33,298 bases of DNA from Octopus bimaculoides (GCF_001194135.2 NC_068990.1:21375858-21409155), one strand, 5' to 3'. Positions 1 to 13,468 are shown, numbered from the stretch's first letter. Notes: generated from the sequence alone by a model not told the origin. Translations and numbers: made by a program.

Positions 1-235
1 ATATATATATATATATAATTTATAGAGGAACCACCGATATTCAGTTCACACAATAAAAGAGACCAATCACCATCCAGAAATACGTAATCTACAAAATACT
101 AATTTAAAAATCTACAAAATCCAATAGAAAAGTATATATGTGTGTATATATGTATATACATATGTGTGTATATATATATGCATATATACACACATATATG
201 TACATACTTACATATATATCTATATTTGTATATAA

Positions 236-509
236 GGGTACAGGACGTTACAAAACGTAAACAACATGAAATACGAATTTTAGTATGCGAAACAACGAAA
301 GAAACAAATGGAAAACAAGACATGTAACATTAAGAACGACTCTTCATCAGGTGTCGGCTATTCATCTGCTCGAAATGTGGAGTAAATGAACAGCCGAAAA
401 CTGATGGCGGGTCGTTTTCCATTTGTTTCTTTTGTTGTTCTCATACAAAAGTTCGTATTGCATGTTTTTCGCATTTCATGCTGTTTACGTTTTGTTACGT
501 CCTGTACCC
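236..509. mobile_element. Foldback / MITE-like non-autonomous element (274 bp) in a TA-rich microsatellite
   Basis: Starts GGGTACAGGACG and ends CGTCCTGTACCC. The terminal 37 nt are inverted repeats (35/37). Arm similarity continues inward with indels to an inner hairpin TCGGCTATTCAT (354-365) / ATGAACAGCCGA (386-397). Both flanks are TA-rich simple sequence. Confidence 0.8.
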
Positions 510-515
510 ATATAT

Positions 516-516
<1 letters not shown>

Positions 517-565
<49 letters not shown>

Positions 566-1084
566 NNNNNNNNNNNNNNNNNNNNNNNNNNNNNNNNNNN
601 NNNNNNNNNNNNNNNNNNNNNNNNNNNNNNNNNNNNNNNNNNNNNNNNNNNNNNNNNNNNNNNNNNNNNNNNNNNNNNNNNNNNNNNNNNNNNNNNNNNN
701 NNNNNNNNNNNNNNNNNNNNNNNNNNNNNNNNNNNNNNNNNNNNNNNNNNNNNNNNNNNNNNNNNNNNNNNNNNNNNNNNNNNNNNNNNNNNNNNNNNNN
801 NNNNNNNNNNNNNNNNNNNNNNNNNNNNNNNNNNNNNNNNNNNNNNNNNNNNNNNNNNNNNNNNNNNNNNNNNNNNNNNNNNNNNNNNNNNNNNNNNNNN
901 NNNNNNNNNNNNNNNNNNNNNNNNNNNNNNNNNNNNNNNNNNNNNNNNNNNNNNNNNNNNNNNNNNNNNNNNNNNNNNNNNNNNNNNNNNNNNNNNNNNN
1001 NNNNNNNNNNNNNNNNNNNNNNNNNNNNNNNNNNNNNNNNNNNNNNNNNNNNNNNNNNNNNNNNNNNNNNNNNNNNNNNNNNNN

Positions 1085-1147
<63 letters not shown>
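517..1147. repeat. (CA)n and (GA)n microsatellites flanking N gap 566-1084
   Basis: Direct reading; the ORFs here are artefacts. Confidence 0.97.
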
Positions 1148-1149
<2 letters not shown>

Positions 1150-1177
1150 GAGATTAGATCGATGGCTAAATGCTTAC

Positions 1178-1240
1178 TTGTAATCCCTTATTAAACAGGG
1201 TCTTAAAATAACTATAAACTCTGAGGAATTGCTCATCCAT
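1178..1240 (-). CDS. Candidate first coding exon portion of an unidentified gene (MDEQFLRVYSYFKTLFNKGLQ)
   Basis: Minus strand: acceptor catttcctttgcacatgttatatctacag before 1306, ATG in ccaaATGG context at 1240, 21 open codons, phase-0 donor CAA|gtaagc at 1177. No homolog recognised. Confidence 0.3.
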
Positions 1241-1469
1241 TTGGAGACATGGAGAAATTCCTTAAACCAACAAATTCTTAACTAAATATGAAGGCAATCA
1301 AGTGATCTGTAGATATAACATGTGCAAAGGAAATGAGCATTATATGCGAACCTAATCATGTATATAGGGAAAGACAAGACAGGACGATACCAGTTCGTTA
1401 TCTATCGGGTTGTCTGTCTGTCAGTCTATCTATGTGTATCTATCTATGTCTGTCTGATTCTCTGTCTGT

Positions 1470-1498
1470 CTGTGTATGTATGTATGTATGTATGTATG

Positions 1499-1564
<66 letters not shown>

Positions 1565-2090
1565 ACCAACTAACTAAAATATCAGTGTCTGTCTGTCTGT
1601 CGATCTATTTAATTCTCTATCTAATTCCTAAGCAATCTTTCTGTTGCTCTTAATATCTATATATGATTTCCGTGTGTTTACAAATATGTGTATGTATGAA
1701 TCTATACATGTACACAGGCAGGTACACACACGCACACACAGTCACACATGCATATTTATACATATATGTATAATATAAATAAAACGAATATTATCTGTAC
1801 TATATACACGTACACAAACGCATATGAGTGTATGGGATCACGTTTGTGTGCGTATGTGAGTGTGCGTATGTGTGCCTTACGTAAACAAAATCTATCAAGG
1901 ACATTTCTCTAGAATATGAAATCTTGGCGGATATTGTGAAGAAGACATAACCAATAAGAGAAAAACAATATGTATGTGTGTATGTATGTCTATGTGTATA
2001 TATATATATGGTTATGTATATATAAGTATATATTTATAGATATAGATATATATACGTATATATATAGATACGTATACATATATGCATATA

Positions 2091-2147
<57 letters not shown>

Positions 2148-2334
2148 ATATGTATGTATATAAGTATATATGTGTGTGTATATATATATGCGTGTTTGTA
2201 TGTATGGATGTATGTAAGTATATATGTCCGTGTGTCTATATGTACATATATATATATATATGTATATACACAAATATTTATATGCATGCTTGTATATATA
2301 GATACATAATATATATATGTGTGTATATATATGC

Positions 2335-2372
<38 letters not shown>

Positions 2373-2408
2373 TCTAAAACAAGCACGCACAGATTCAAAC
2401 ACACAGAC

Positions 2409-2461
<53 letters not shown>

Positions 2462-2520
2462 GAAAAACACTCACCCACACGGACACACATACATGCACAC
2501 AAAAATACATCCATATATAT
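1470..2520. repeat. Compound (TATG)n/(TCTA)n/(TA)n/(TG)n microsatellite-rich tract
   Basis: Direct reading. Confidence 0.9.
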
Positions 2521-2554
2521 ACACAAACAACTGTCATTTTACTGTTGAAGGAAT

Positions 2555-2730
2555 GTTTTTGATACTCGCCCAATTTGTCCTTACACGCGTTCCTATCAAC
2601 CCACCGACCAACCAGCCGACTAACCTCTACACCCTTACTCCGCCGCCATGTTTTTTTCTTCTTCAGTCCGCAATCTAAACCGCCACTCTATTTTTATCAT
2701 GCGCCACTCTCTTAGAAACTCAATCGTTGC
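2555..2730 (-). promoter_or_regulatory. CpG-rich candidate promoter / first exon with YY1-type motif
   Basis: About a dozen CpGs in ~170 bp against a CpG-poor background. GCCGCCATGTT (2642-2652) fits the YY1 consensus CCGCCATNTT. On minus it reads aaacATGGCGGCGGA|gtaagg (donor GT at 2638-2637). AGAGTGGCG occurs twice upstream. Confidence 0.45.
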
Positions 2731-2858
2731 TGCTCTTTTCACAAAGATATATAGACAAATATTAACTGACTGCTTTCTTCAATTGGGTACACTGTATAAA
2801 GATCATTAATCATGTTTGCAAGTATTCGATGACTGTGTCTCGCATCTAATTGCCTTGC

Positions 2859-3600
<742 letters not shown>

Positions 3601-3960
3601 TATGTGAGTTTGTCTGCTCATTTTAGGAGCTCTTGAAATATTTTTGTTTTGTTATATATTTTTTATTTAATCTAGAGACATAAAAAATATATAATAGAAG
3701 AAATAGATAGAGCAAAATATATATGTATTTAAGAAACAATGCGTCATACACATGAAGATTGGCCGTTTTAAATACGTGCATATATGTATATTTGTGTACA
3801 TATGCATGGATGAATCTGTGTGTGTGTGTGTGTGTGAGGTAGTGTTTGTGTTTTGAAATGCAAGAGAAATGCAGACATTACGATTTGGATCAAGACATAT
3901 TTTTATACACATTTTCAAGAGAAAAATAAAATCGATGTTTTCAATATTGCATTATACATT

Positions 3961-4140
3961 GGTTTCAAATTTTGGCACAAGGTCAGCAATTTTTGTAGTG
4001 GAGGGTAAATTTATTATATCGATCGTCGAAAAAATGAACTGTAAAGTTGACTTCGGTGGTATTTGAACTCAGAGCGTAAAAGCTGACGAAATGCCGCGTA
4101 GCATTTCCGCCGGCGTGCTACCGATTCTGCCAGTTCGCCG
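3961..4140 (-). mobile_element. tRNA-derived SINE family A (octopus-type)
   Basis: Reverse complement matches the in-window reference copy at 31140-31367 (GGCGAACTGGCAGAATCGGTAGCACGCC... CTGAGTTCAAATACCACCGAAGTCAAC). Confidence 0.85.
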
Positions 4141-4517
4141 ACTAAATGTTGTTTTATATATTGAAAGATAAAAACAAGACGATATTATCATACTCTTTTA
4201 CTTCTTCTAGGAAAAGGAAACTCAAGGCCTTGTGTTCCTTGTCAATGCTTCTATAATACGTAATCTTGTATCTGATACTTATAATGGATCTTCTATAAGA
4301 ATGAAGCCATATACGTTAATTTGGTATTTCTATATACAAAGGCCAAGAAGAAATGTTACGCAACAGAGTTTGCTTTAGCGAGATAGCTCTTGCAATCACC
4401 TGAAGAGACACATCTACAGAGGGGGATACACATAAATCAGAATCGAACTCGCGCGGAATCAATGCTAAATGGGTTGAAATAATTGTAGTGATCAATGAAG
4501 ATATATATATATATATA

Positions 4518-5471
4518 NNNNNNNNNNNNNNNNNNNNNNNNNNNNNNNNNNNNNNNNNNNNNNNNNNNNNNNNNNNNNNNNNNNNNNNNNNNNNNNNNNN
4601 NNNNNNNNNNNNNNNNNNNNNNNNNNNNNNNNNNNNNNNNNNNNNNNNNNNNNNNNNNNNNNNNNNNNNNNNNNNNNNNNNNNNNNNNNNNNNNNNNNNN
4701 NNNNNNNNNNNNNNNNNNNNNNNNNNNNNNNNNNNNNNNNNNNNNNNNNNNNNNNNNNNNNNNNNNNNNNNNNNNNNNNNNNNNNNNNNNNNNNNNNNNN
4801 NNNNNNNNNNNNNNNNNNNNNNNNNNNNNNNNNNNNNNNNNNNNNNNNNNNNNNNNNNNNNNNNNNNNNNNNNNNNNNNNNNNNNNNNNNNNNNNNNNNN
4901 NNNNNNNNNNNNNNNNNNNNNNNNNNNNNNNNNNNNNNNNNNNNNNNNNNNNNNNNNNNNNNNNNNNNNNNNNNNNNNNNNNNNNNNNNNNNNNNNNNNN
5001 NNNNNNNNNNNNNNNNNNNNNNNNNNNNNNNNNNNNNNNNNNNNNNNNNNNNNNNNNNNNNNNNNNNNNNNNNNNNNNNNNNNNNNNNNNNNNNNNNNNN
5101 NNNNNNNNNNNNNNNNNNNNNNNNNNNNNNNNNNNNNNNNNNNNNNNNNNNNNNNNNNNNNNNNNNNNNNNNNNNNNNNNNNNNNNNNNNNNNNNNNNNN
5201 NNNNNNNNNNNNNNNNNNNNNNNNNNNNNNNNNNNNNNNNNNNNNNNNNNNNNNNNNNNNNNNNNNNNNNNNNNNNNNNNNNNNNNNNNNNNNNNNNNNN
5301 NNNNNNNNNNNNNNNNNNNNNNNNNNNNNNNNNNNNNNNNNNNNNNNNNNNNNNNNNNNNNNNNNNNNNNNNNNNNNNNNNNNNNNNNNNNNNNNNNNNN
5401 NNNNNNNNNNNNNNNNNNNNNNNNNNNNNNNNNNNNNNNNNNNNNNNNNNNNNNNNNNNNNNNNNNNNNNN
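4518..5471. other. Assembly gap; other gaps at 566-1084, 7309-7985, 9319-9763, 12158-12713, 13469-14204, 15388-15646, 16694-17585, 20230-20541, 22305-22960, 23586-23595, 32058-32097
   Basis: N runs totalling about 6.06 kb, most abutting microsatellites. Confidence 0.99.
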
Positions 5472-5609
5472 AGACACCCACTCCTGCGCTGTTAGTAGGG
5501 AGTAGAGTCAAATTGGATTTGCAAGTGCTAACGATACGCTAAGACCAAAGTTTTTGGGGTGAGTTTGCTCCATTTACTTACAAGATGGTTAAATACTTCC
5601 ATCTCATTT

Positions 5610-6150
5610 TGATGGTGGAACTTGAATTTACGTTCCGAAGTCAAATACCACCGAGGTCACGTTTGTCTTTCATTATTTCGTAGTCGATAAATTATACAGG
5701 TACAACAGAAACAGGAAGAAAGAGTGAGAGAAAGTTGTGGTGAAATAGTACAGCAGGGTTCGCCACCAACCCCTGCCGAAGCCTTGTGGAACTTTAGGTG
5801 TTTTCGCTCAATAAATACTCACTACGCCCGGTCTGGGAATCGAAACCGCGATCGTACGACGGCGAGTCAACTGCCCTAACCACTGGGCCATTGCGCCTCT
5901 GTGTCACGCTGAATATCCGCGAGAACTACGTTAAGGGTATACGTATCTGTGGAGTTCTCAGCCAGTTGCACGTTAATTTCATGAGCAAGCTGTTCCACCG
6001 ATCGGATCAACTGGAACCCTCGTCGTCTTAATCGACGGAGTGACAGCAACAAGTCGATAAAATAACGTACCAGTTAACTACTGGTGTTGACACAATTAAC
6101 TAAAACACCGTCTTCGTAAAATTGCTGGTTTTATGTCAAAATTTGAAACA
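5610..6150 (+). mobile_element. Old SINE family A copy interrupted by an insertion at 5692-6051
   Basis: TTCCGAAGTCAAATACCACCGAGGTCAC...TAGTCGATAAA resumes after 6052 as AGTCGATAAAAATAACGTACCAG...AAATTTGAAACA, collinear with family A. Confidence 0.8.
5692..6051. mobile_element. SINE family C copy with inverted 5' half and 10-bp TSD
   Basis: 5692-~5897 is the antisense of the head and body of the intact copy at 21207-21577. ~5897-6051 is the sense 3' tail ending CAGCAACAA. AGTCGATAAA is duplicated at 5682-5691 and 6052-6061. Confidence 0.88.
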
Positions 6151-6174
6151 AATCTGCATGCGCTTATTTTCTTC

Positions 6175-6325
6175 TCCCTTTTTACATTCTGAATCCAAAA
6201 TGCGACGATAACGGTTTTATATTTCTTCCATTCGGTATCGATAAAATAAGTAATAGTCTAGCTCTGGAATCAATGGCATCGACTACCCCATTTCCCTGAA
6301 AATTGTTGGCTTTGGGCCCAAATTC
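6175..6325 (+). mobile_element. Degenerate SINE family A fragment
   Basis: TTACATTCTGAATCCAAAAT...TTCGGTATCGATAAAATAAGTA...AAAATTGTTGGCTTTG resembles the family A centre and tail. Confidence 0.6.
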
Positions 6326-6399
6326 CCCCCCCCTCCTCCTCCCATCCACCTCCTCGCCTACTTCTTCTACTACTACTACTACTACACCTGGAGTTGGTG

Positions 6400-6421
6400 A
6401 TAGTAGTAGTAGTAGTAGTAT

Positions 6422-6500
<79 letters not shown>

Positions 6501-6794
6501 TGCAGTAGTAGCAGTAGTATCACATTGGCACATAATAGGCTTTGAACGTATTAATAGGTCAAAAAAATATATATATATATACTTTCACAAAGAACTGAAC
6601 AATTCTGTATTTATAAAGACAAAATAAACAGATTCCAAAGATACTAACGACGGGTTCTGAAGGCAATATTGGATGTCTGAAGAATTTGCGTGCGTATGTC
6701 TATACATACATACACACACACATACATACATACATACATACATACATACATACATACATACATACTAGCATCCATCTAGATAGATAGATAGATG

Positions 6795-6877
<83 letters not shown>
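6400..6877. repeat. (AGT)n, (TACA)n and (GATA)n microsatellites
   Basis: Direct reading. Confidence 0.95.
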
Positions 6878-6878
<1 letters not shown>

Positions 6879-7994
6879 AATGTGAATTTTATACATATGT
6901 TCAAACATATAAGCAAAGATACACACTTAGAAATATAAACATTAATAGACTTATAAACACATTTGTAAATATGTTTGTATATGCGTACATGTGAACGTGC
7001 GACTATAAATGTGTGAATGTACGTGTGTGTGTGTGTGTGTGAGTGAAAACACAGGCAGCAAGGAGACAGACATTACGATTCCAAGAACTACAATAAAAAT
7101 GGTAATTTTGCTTTATGCTGCAAGACGAATATCTATAATAAATCGAATACAAACCACATATTGCAGTCTTGTATATTGTCATTTTATAACATATTTCTTA
7201 CACTTTTACATACGAACAATATTTATTATATTATTATGCATTAGATTATCATATTATACAGACAATATAAACATTTTTTCTCTCTCCTAACATCTATACA
7301 TATATATANNNNNNNNNNNNNNNNNNNNNNNNNNNNNNNNNNNNNNNNNNNNNNNNNNNNNNNNNNNNNNNNNNNNNNNNNNNNNNNNNNNNNNNNNNNN
7401 NNNNNNNNNNNNNNNNNNNNNNNNNNNNNNNNNNNNNNNNNNNNNNNNNNNNNNNNNNNNNNNNNNNNNNNNNNNNNNNNNNNNNNNNNNNNNNNNNNNN
7501 NNNNNNNNNNNNNNNNNNNNNNNNNNNNNNNNNNNNNNNNNNNNNNNNNNNNNNNNNNNNNNNNNNNNNNNNNNNNNNNNNNNNNNNNNNNNNNNNNNNN
7601 NNNNNNNNNNNNNNNNNNNNNNNNNNNNNNNNNNNNNNNNNNNNNNNNNNNNNNNNNNNNNNNNNNNNNNNNNNNNNNNNNNNNNNNNNNNNNNNNNNNN
7701 NNNNNNNNNNNNNNNNNNNNNNNNNNNNNNNNNNNNNNNNNNNNNNNNNNNNNNNNNNNNNNNNNNNNNNNNNNNNNNNNNNNNNNNNNNNNNNNNNNNN
7801 NNNNNNNNNNNNNNNNNNNNNNNNNNNNNNNNNNNNNNNNNNNNNNNNNNNNNNNNNNNNNNNNNNNNNNNNNNNNNNNNNNNNNNNNNNNNNNNNNNNN
7901 NNNNNNNNNNNNNNNNNNNNNNNNNNNNNNNNNNNNNNNNNNNNNNNNNNNNNNNNNNNNNNNNNNNNNNNNNNNNNNNNNNNNNGATGGAATC

Positions 7995-8610
7995 CTTAAA
8001 GCTCTTTGCTTCCGAATACCGCCAAGTTCAGCTTTGCCTTTCATCGTTTTGGGATTGATAAATAAAGTACCAGGTTTGTGACTACATCAATACTTTTCTA
8101 CTTTACATTCATTCTCTCTCCTCTCTTACTTTCTGTCCGTCTCTCCGGAATTAATCAAATGTTGCCAGACCTGGAGAGGAAATTGCAAGACATTTTGAGG
8201 CAGCGAAACTGACCGTGTCTCTAAAACATCTGATAGATACCTTTACGGAATTTAGTCTTGCTTTTAATGTCAAATACTGCCAATGATAACTTTGTCTTTC
8301 ATCCATCTACGACTGATAAAAAAAAGTACCAATCATGAACTGGCGTCACAAGCGTCAATTCTTCTCCCCCCTTCTCTCCCTCTCTCTCTCACACACATTA
8401 ACTTCCTGTCTGTGTATCTTTCTGGATGAAATAGGCTGATGTCAAACCTGGCGCGGGATATGCAAGTCATTTAAAGCAACGAACTGGTCGAGTGGTTAAA
8501 ATGCCAGAAGATTCCCTTGCAATAATCGGTCTGTATTTATGCCAAAGTCAACATTGCTTAGCATGAATTTGGGGTCGCAAAATAAACTACCAATTCAATA
8601 CGGGTATCAA
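7995..8610 (+). mobile_element. Three degenerate SINE family A fragments (~8000-8100, ~8195-8350, ~8478-8610)
   Basis: Each retains a CTTTGCCTTTCATC / GTCGATAAA / AAGTACCAG-like central domain. Confidence 0.6.
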
Positions 8611-10259
8611 ATCGCCTTTCCGTCTTTTTCTCTGTCTCTCTTTCTCGCTCCTTCTATATCGCTTTCTTTTTCTGTATCTTTCTTCCTCTCTATTTCTCTT
8701 AATTTCTCCCTGTCTCTCTTTCTGAAAAAAATCGGCTGTGATCAGACTTGAAAACGGACAGACTCCTCCTGCAGGTCAAAAAATAACCAAGACATACCGT
8801 ATATTGTGATAACACCCCTCTAACGATTCAACCAACGTCGAGGACCCAGCGAAAAGAATAGAAGGCATTCGTTAAATCTCTTTCTTATTTTAGAAGTCAT
8901 TTACTTCTGACTAAAGCGCTAAGATGTAGGATTGATCTCAAAACAGCGGATTGCGTTGAATTTTATTTACCACACAGCTATACATGTGACTCTTTAATTG
9001 AGTTTCTTGAGGTTTCACCACAACGTATTATTCAGTTTTTGTTGCTGTTCTTTGTTTGTATGTTTTTCTAATATTTTGACTTAACGTCACGATTGTAAAC
9101 ATTACGGATGCAGACTTTTCAAGCAAGGATATTGCTACGGAACATATTTTAGCGACATCAAGTATCACCAAGACAGCAGCGTACCTTCCTGTTCATTTTA
9201 TACTCTGCATTCATTCCTCGAATTACACGTATACACTAGGTGTACAGTAACAAATAAATAAACAATTGTATATGTGCACATATGTGTGTGTATATATATA
9301 CATATATATATATATATANNNNNNNNNNNNNNNNNNNNNNNNNNNNNNNNNNNNNNNNNNNNNNNNNNNNNNNNNNNNNNNNNNNNNNNNNNNNNNNNNN
9401 NNNNNNNNNNNNNNNNNNNNNNNNNNNNNNNNNNNNNNNNNNNNNNNNNNNNNNNNNNNNNNNNNNNNNNNNNNNNNNNNNNNNNNNNNNNNNNNNNNNN
9501 NNNNNNNNNNNNNNNNNNNNNNNNNNNNNNNNNNNNNNNNNNNNNNNNNNNNNNNNNNNNNNNNNNNNNNNNNNNNNNNNNNNNNNNNNNNNNNNNNNNN
9601 NNNNNNNNNNNNNNNNNNNNNNNNNNNNNNNNNNNNNNNNNNNNNNNNNNNNNNNNNNNNNNNNNNNNNNNNNNNNNNNNNNNNNNNNNNNNNNNNNNNN
9701 NNNNNNNNNNNNNNNNNNNNNNNNNNNNNNNNNNNNNNNNNNNNNNNNNNNNNNNNNNNNNNNATATATGCACACATAGATATATATATACACATACATA
9801 TATATGTATGCAGAAATACATATATATACGCACACACAGAGACATATATGCATGTACGTATACACACATACACATACCTATATCTACAAAAACAACACTA
9901 GTATCAATGACTACAATACATAAATAACATACACAGCTACATACACAAACACAGACACACACATGCAGAACATTACACATCAGTACACACACTACACACC
10001 TTTGCCTCCAAATTTCTTTATTTCCTCCAACAACTTTCTCTCAGTTCAAGAATTTGCTTTAGTCTTGTTCCTTTTTTCTTTTCTTTCATATGTTTGTTTG
10101 CTTTTTTCTTGCCGTCCGCCTTCTATGTTCTGCTGAAAAGCTCTACATTTTTCTATCCTATACACTACGGTTTGCTCTTGGTCTTTATTTTGTCTGACTT
10201 CCCATTCGTGTCTATATATGTGTGTATGTGTATGTATATCTTTATATTTATATCGTTGG

Positions 10260-11039
10260 GTCTTTTTTTCTTTTTGTGTGTGTGTAGGTTAATCCGTTTA
10301 TATGTTTTGTGTGGGTATATATGCTTAGATGAAAGTGAAAATGTGTGTTTGCGTGTATGTATGTGTGTGTGTTTGCGAGTATGTGAGAGAGGGTGTGTCT
10401 GTGTGTGAGTGTGTGTGAGTATGTATGATAGAGAGAGAGAGTGTATGTGTGTGTGTGTGTGTATGTGTGTTTGCATTTGTGTGTATGTGTGTTTGTGTGT
10501 TTGTCTGAGTGTGTGTGTATGTGAGCGCCTTTGTATGTGGAGAATAAAAATGTCGTGTACAATGGTAACTATGTAGATGTTGAAGGGTAGCACAACAATG
10601 ATGGCGATGATGATGATGATGATGGATGGCTGTGATAGAGGTGGTGGTGGTGGTGATGGTGGTGGTGGTGGTGATAAGATGATGGCGAAATGACCGTGCT
10701 GAAGAAGATAACGATGAGATGATGATAATGATGATGATTGTGGTGGTGTTGGCGGTAGTGATGAGGATGATGATTATGATGATGGCGATTATGTTGATTG
10801 TGCATAGCTGATGATGACCATGATTATGACGATGATTGTTATGATGAATGGCGATTTGATCAACAAAGAATAACAATATTCGCTATACATACACATATAC
10901 GCTTATGCGCACGCTCAGGTATACACGCATGCGTATACCCTTACTCTCTCTCTCTCTCTCACTAACATTTGCACAAAGACACTATCACCACCACCACCAA
11001 CACCAATACCACTACTGTTCCTACTGTAGCAACATCAAC

Positions 11040-11086
<47 letters not shown>

Positions 11087-12150
11087 GTTACGTAACATTA
11101 GCAATATTTACTCGTCATAAAAAGCCACTTGACCATGTATCCTAAACTGGCCGTTAACACACACAAATACACAAATAATCTCATTCAACTGTTTTTTTTT
11201 CTTCTACCGCTTCATCTCCCTTCATTTCGTCTTCGTCTTTCTCTCGAACTCTCCCCCCTCTCTTTTTGTATGTCCTTCTCTCTTTCTATCTCCTTTTCTC
11301 TCTCTCTTTTTTCTCTCTATTATGCATTCATTGTGCACTGAATACAGAGCAATCTGCTGACCGCTTGAGGGCATCAAACAGCAAACTATGTAACGCTTGT
11401 GTTTATCTTATGGCGAGTGATAGACTGACAAGAGGGGGGAGGAAGGAAGGTGGAGGTCAAAGAGATGAAGAAAGAAACACGGAGAGAGAGAGAGAGAGAG
11501 TGAGAGAGAGAGAGAGTGAGAGAGAGAGAGAAATGGTGGGAGGAAGACAGAGAGAGAAAGGGAGAAGGAACAGGAAAGAGAAACAGAAGATTTTAAAGGT
11601 AAGAGTAAAAGAGTGAGGAAAAGTGGGCAAGATATGAGGCATGATAAATATATACATACATAGAGGAAGAGAGGGAGAGGGAGAGAGAAGAGAGAAGGAA
11701 GAGAGAGAGAGAGAGGGTGAAGAAAGATGAGAAAAGACAAAGGAAAGAGAGAAAGGGGTGAGAGATATCGTGATTTCTCAGAGTTGTTTCAAAGGAAAAT
11801 AGGAGTGTGACCAAATCAGAGAGAGAGAGAGAGAGAGTGAGAGCGAGAGAGAGAGAGAGAGAGTGAGAGCGAGAGAGAGAGAGTGTGAGAGAGAGAGAGT
11901 GAGAGAGAGAGCGAGCGAGAGAGAGAGACAGACAGACAGAAAGAGAGAGAGAGACAGAAAGAGAGAGACAGAAAGAGAGAGACAGAAAGAGAAAGAGAGA
12001 GAGAGAGACATAAAAAGAGAGAGAGAGAGAGCGCGAGAGAGAGAGAGAATAAAAGGGTGGGGGGAGAGTGAAGAAGAATGTAGAAAAGAATGCGTTCAAA
12101 GTGGGGAGAGAGAGCAAGAGAAAGTGTAAGGGTGAAAGTGAGAGGCGGTT
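10260..12150. repeat. Compound low-complexity block: (GT)n, (GAT/GGT)n, (AAT)n, long GA-rich tract
   Basis: Direct reading; poly-H, poly-S/L and ER ORFs derive from these repeats. Confidence 0.92.
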
Positions 12151-12831
12151 ATTTTAANNNNNNNNNNNNNNNNNNNNNNNNNNNNNNNNNNNNNNNNNNN
12201 NNNNNNNNNNNNNNNNNNNNNNNNNNNNNNNNNNNNNNNNNNNNNNNNNNNNNNNNNNNNNNNNNNNNNNNNNNNNNNNNNNNNNNNNNNNNNNNNNNNN
12301 NNNNNNNNNNNNNNNNNNNNNNNNNNNNNNNNNNNNNNNNNNNNNNNNNNNNNNNNNNNNNNNNNNNNNNNNNNNNNNNNNNNNNNNNNNNNNNNNNNNN
12401 NNNNNNNNNNNNNNNNNNNNNNNNNNNNNNNNNNNNNNNNNNNNNNNNNNNNNNNNNNNNNNNNNNNNNNNNNNNNNNNNNNNNNNNNNNNNNNNNNNNN
12501 NNNNNNNNNNNNNNNNNNNNNNNNNNNNNNNNNNNNNNNNNNNNNNNNNNNNNNNNNNNNNNNNNNNNNNNNNNNNNNNNNNNNNNNNNNNNNNNNNNNN
12601 NNNNNNNNNNNNNNNNNNNNNNNNNNNNNNNNNNNNNNNNNNNNNNNNNNNNNNNNNNNNNNNNNNNNNNNNNNNNNNNNNNNNNNNNNNNNNNNNNNNN
12701 NNNNNNNNNNNNNATATATATATATATATACAAAGTAGATGAAGAATACAATAGGTCCGAAACACCCCCAACTCTACCAAGACTCTCTCTTCCAAAATAA
12801 TCTAAAATAAATACAAAACAAACAAAATGAA

Positions 12832-12832
<1 letters not shown>

Positions 12833-12882
<50 letters not shown>

Positions 12883-13419
12883 GTAATGATAATAATAATA
12901 ATGATGATAATAATAATAATAACGAAACTGAACAATAACGCCACCATCCTAAAATGTAACGATGCATTTGCAAGTTGAAAAGAAGTGAGGGAAATTTCTG
13001 CCTATGTTAGCTTAGCCGTATATATTGTCACTGTTAAAAATACGTTTTCGACCAATAATAATCGTTTTACATACAATTTCTTGCTGATTGTCTGCAGACA
13101 AAGCTCCGACAAAATAGCATCAAACTTGTATTGCCAAACCTTAAGCTGGGGAATCAATAGAAAAAATCAAGGACCTTTCTCAATGAAAAGACTCATTGCT
13201 TGCTAACTTCGGTACTATGCCCCTACAGCTCGCATTCTTTCGTTAGCCCTTTTTTCTTTTCTTCTAGTCTTTCCTTCTTCTCCTTCTCGTTCTCCAAATC
13301 TCCATCCTATACATACATACATACATACACACATACATACATACATACATACATACGTGCATATACATACATAGTACACACTTACATACGTACATGCATA
13401 CATTCATACACACACTCAT

Positions 13420-13468
<49 letters not shown>

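Noticed and set aside
320-410. CTGATGA on the minus strand (344-350) and CTGATGG/CTCGAAA on plus inside the foldback element, as possible hammerheads
   Set aside because: No correctly placed GAAA after stem II and no convincing stem I; only partial cores.
4211-4400. Splice-acceptor-like sites on both strands with 27-55 codon frames (EKETQGLVFLVNAS..., GKGNSRPCVPCQCFYN, VIARAISLKQTLL...*)
   Set aside because: Mutually exclusive readings, no recognisable family and weak donors.
8160-8320. Exon-like peptides MLPDLERKLQDILRQRN* and MDERQSYHWQYLTLKARLNSVK
   Set aside because: They overlap a degenerate SINE A, so the splice signals are repeat-derived.
12730-12805. Minus acceptor with DYFGRESLGRVGG... 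and plus DEEYNRSETPPTLPRLSLPK*
   Set aside because: No good donor, ambiguous strand and no homology recognised.
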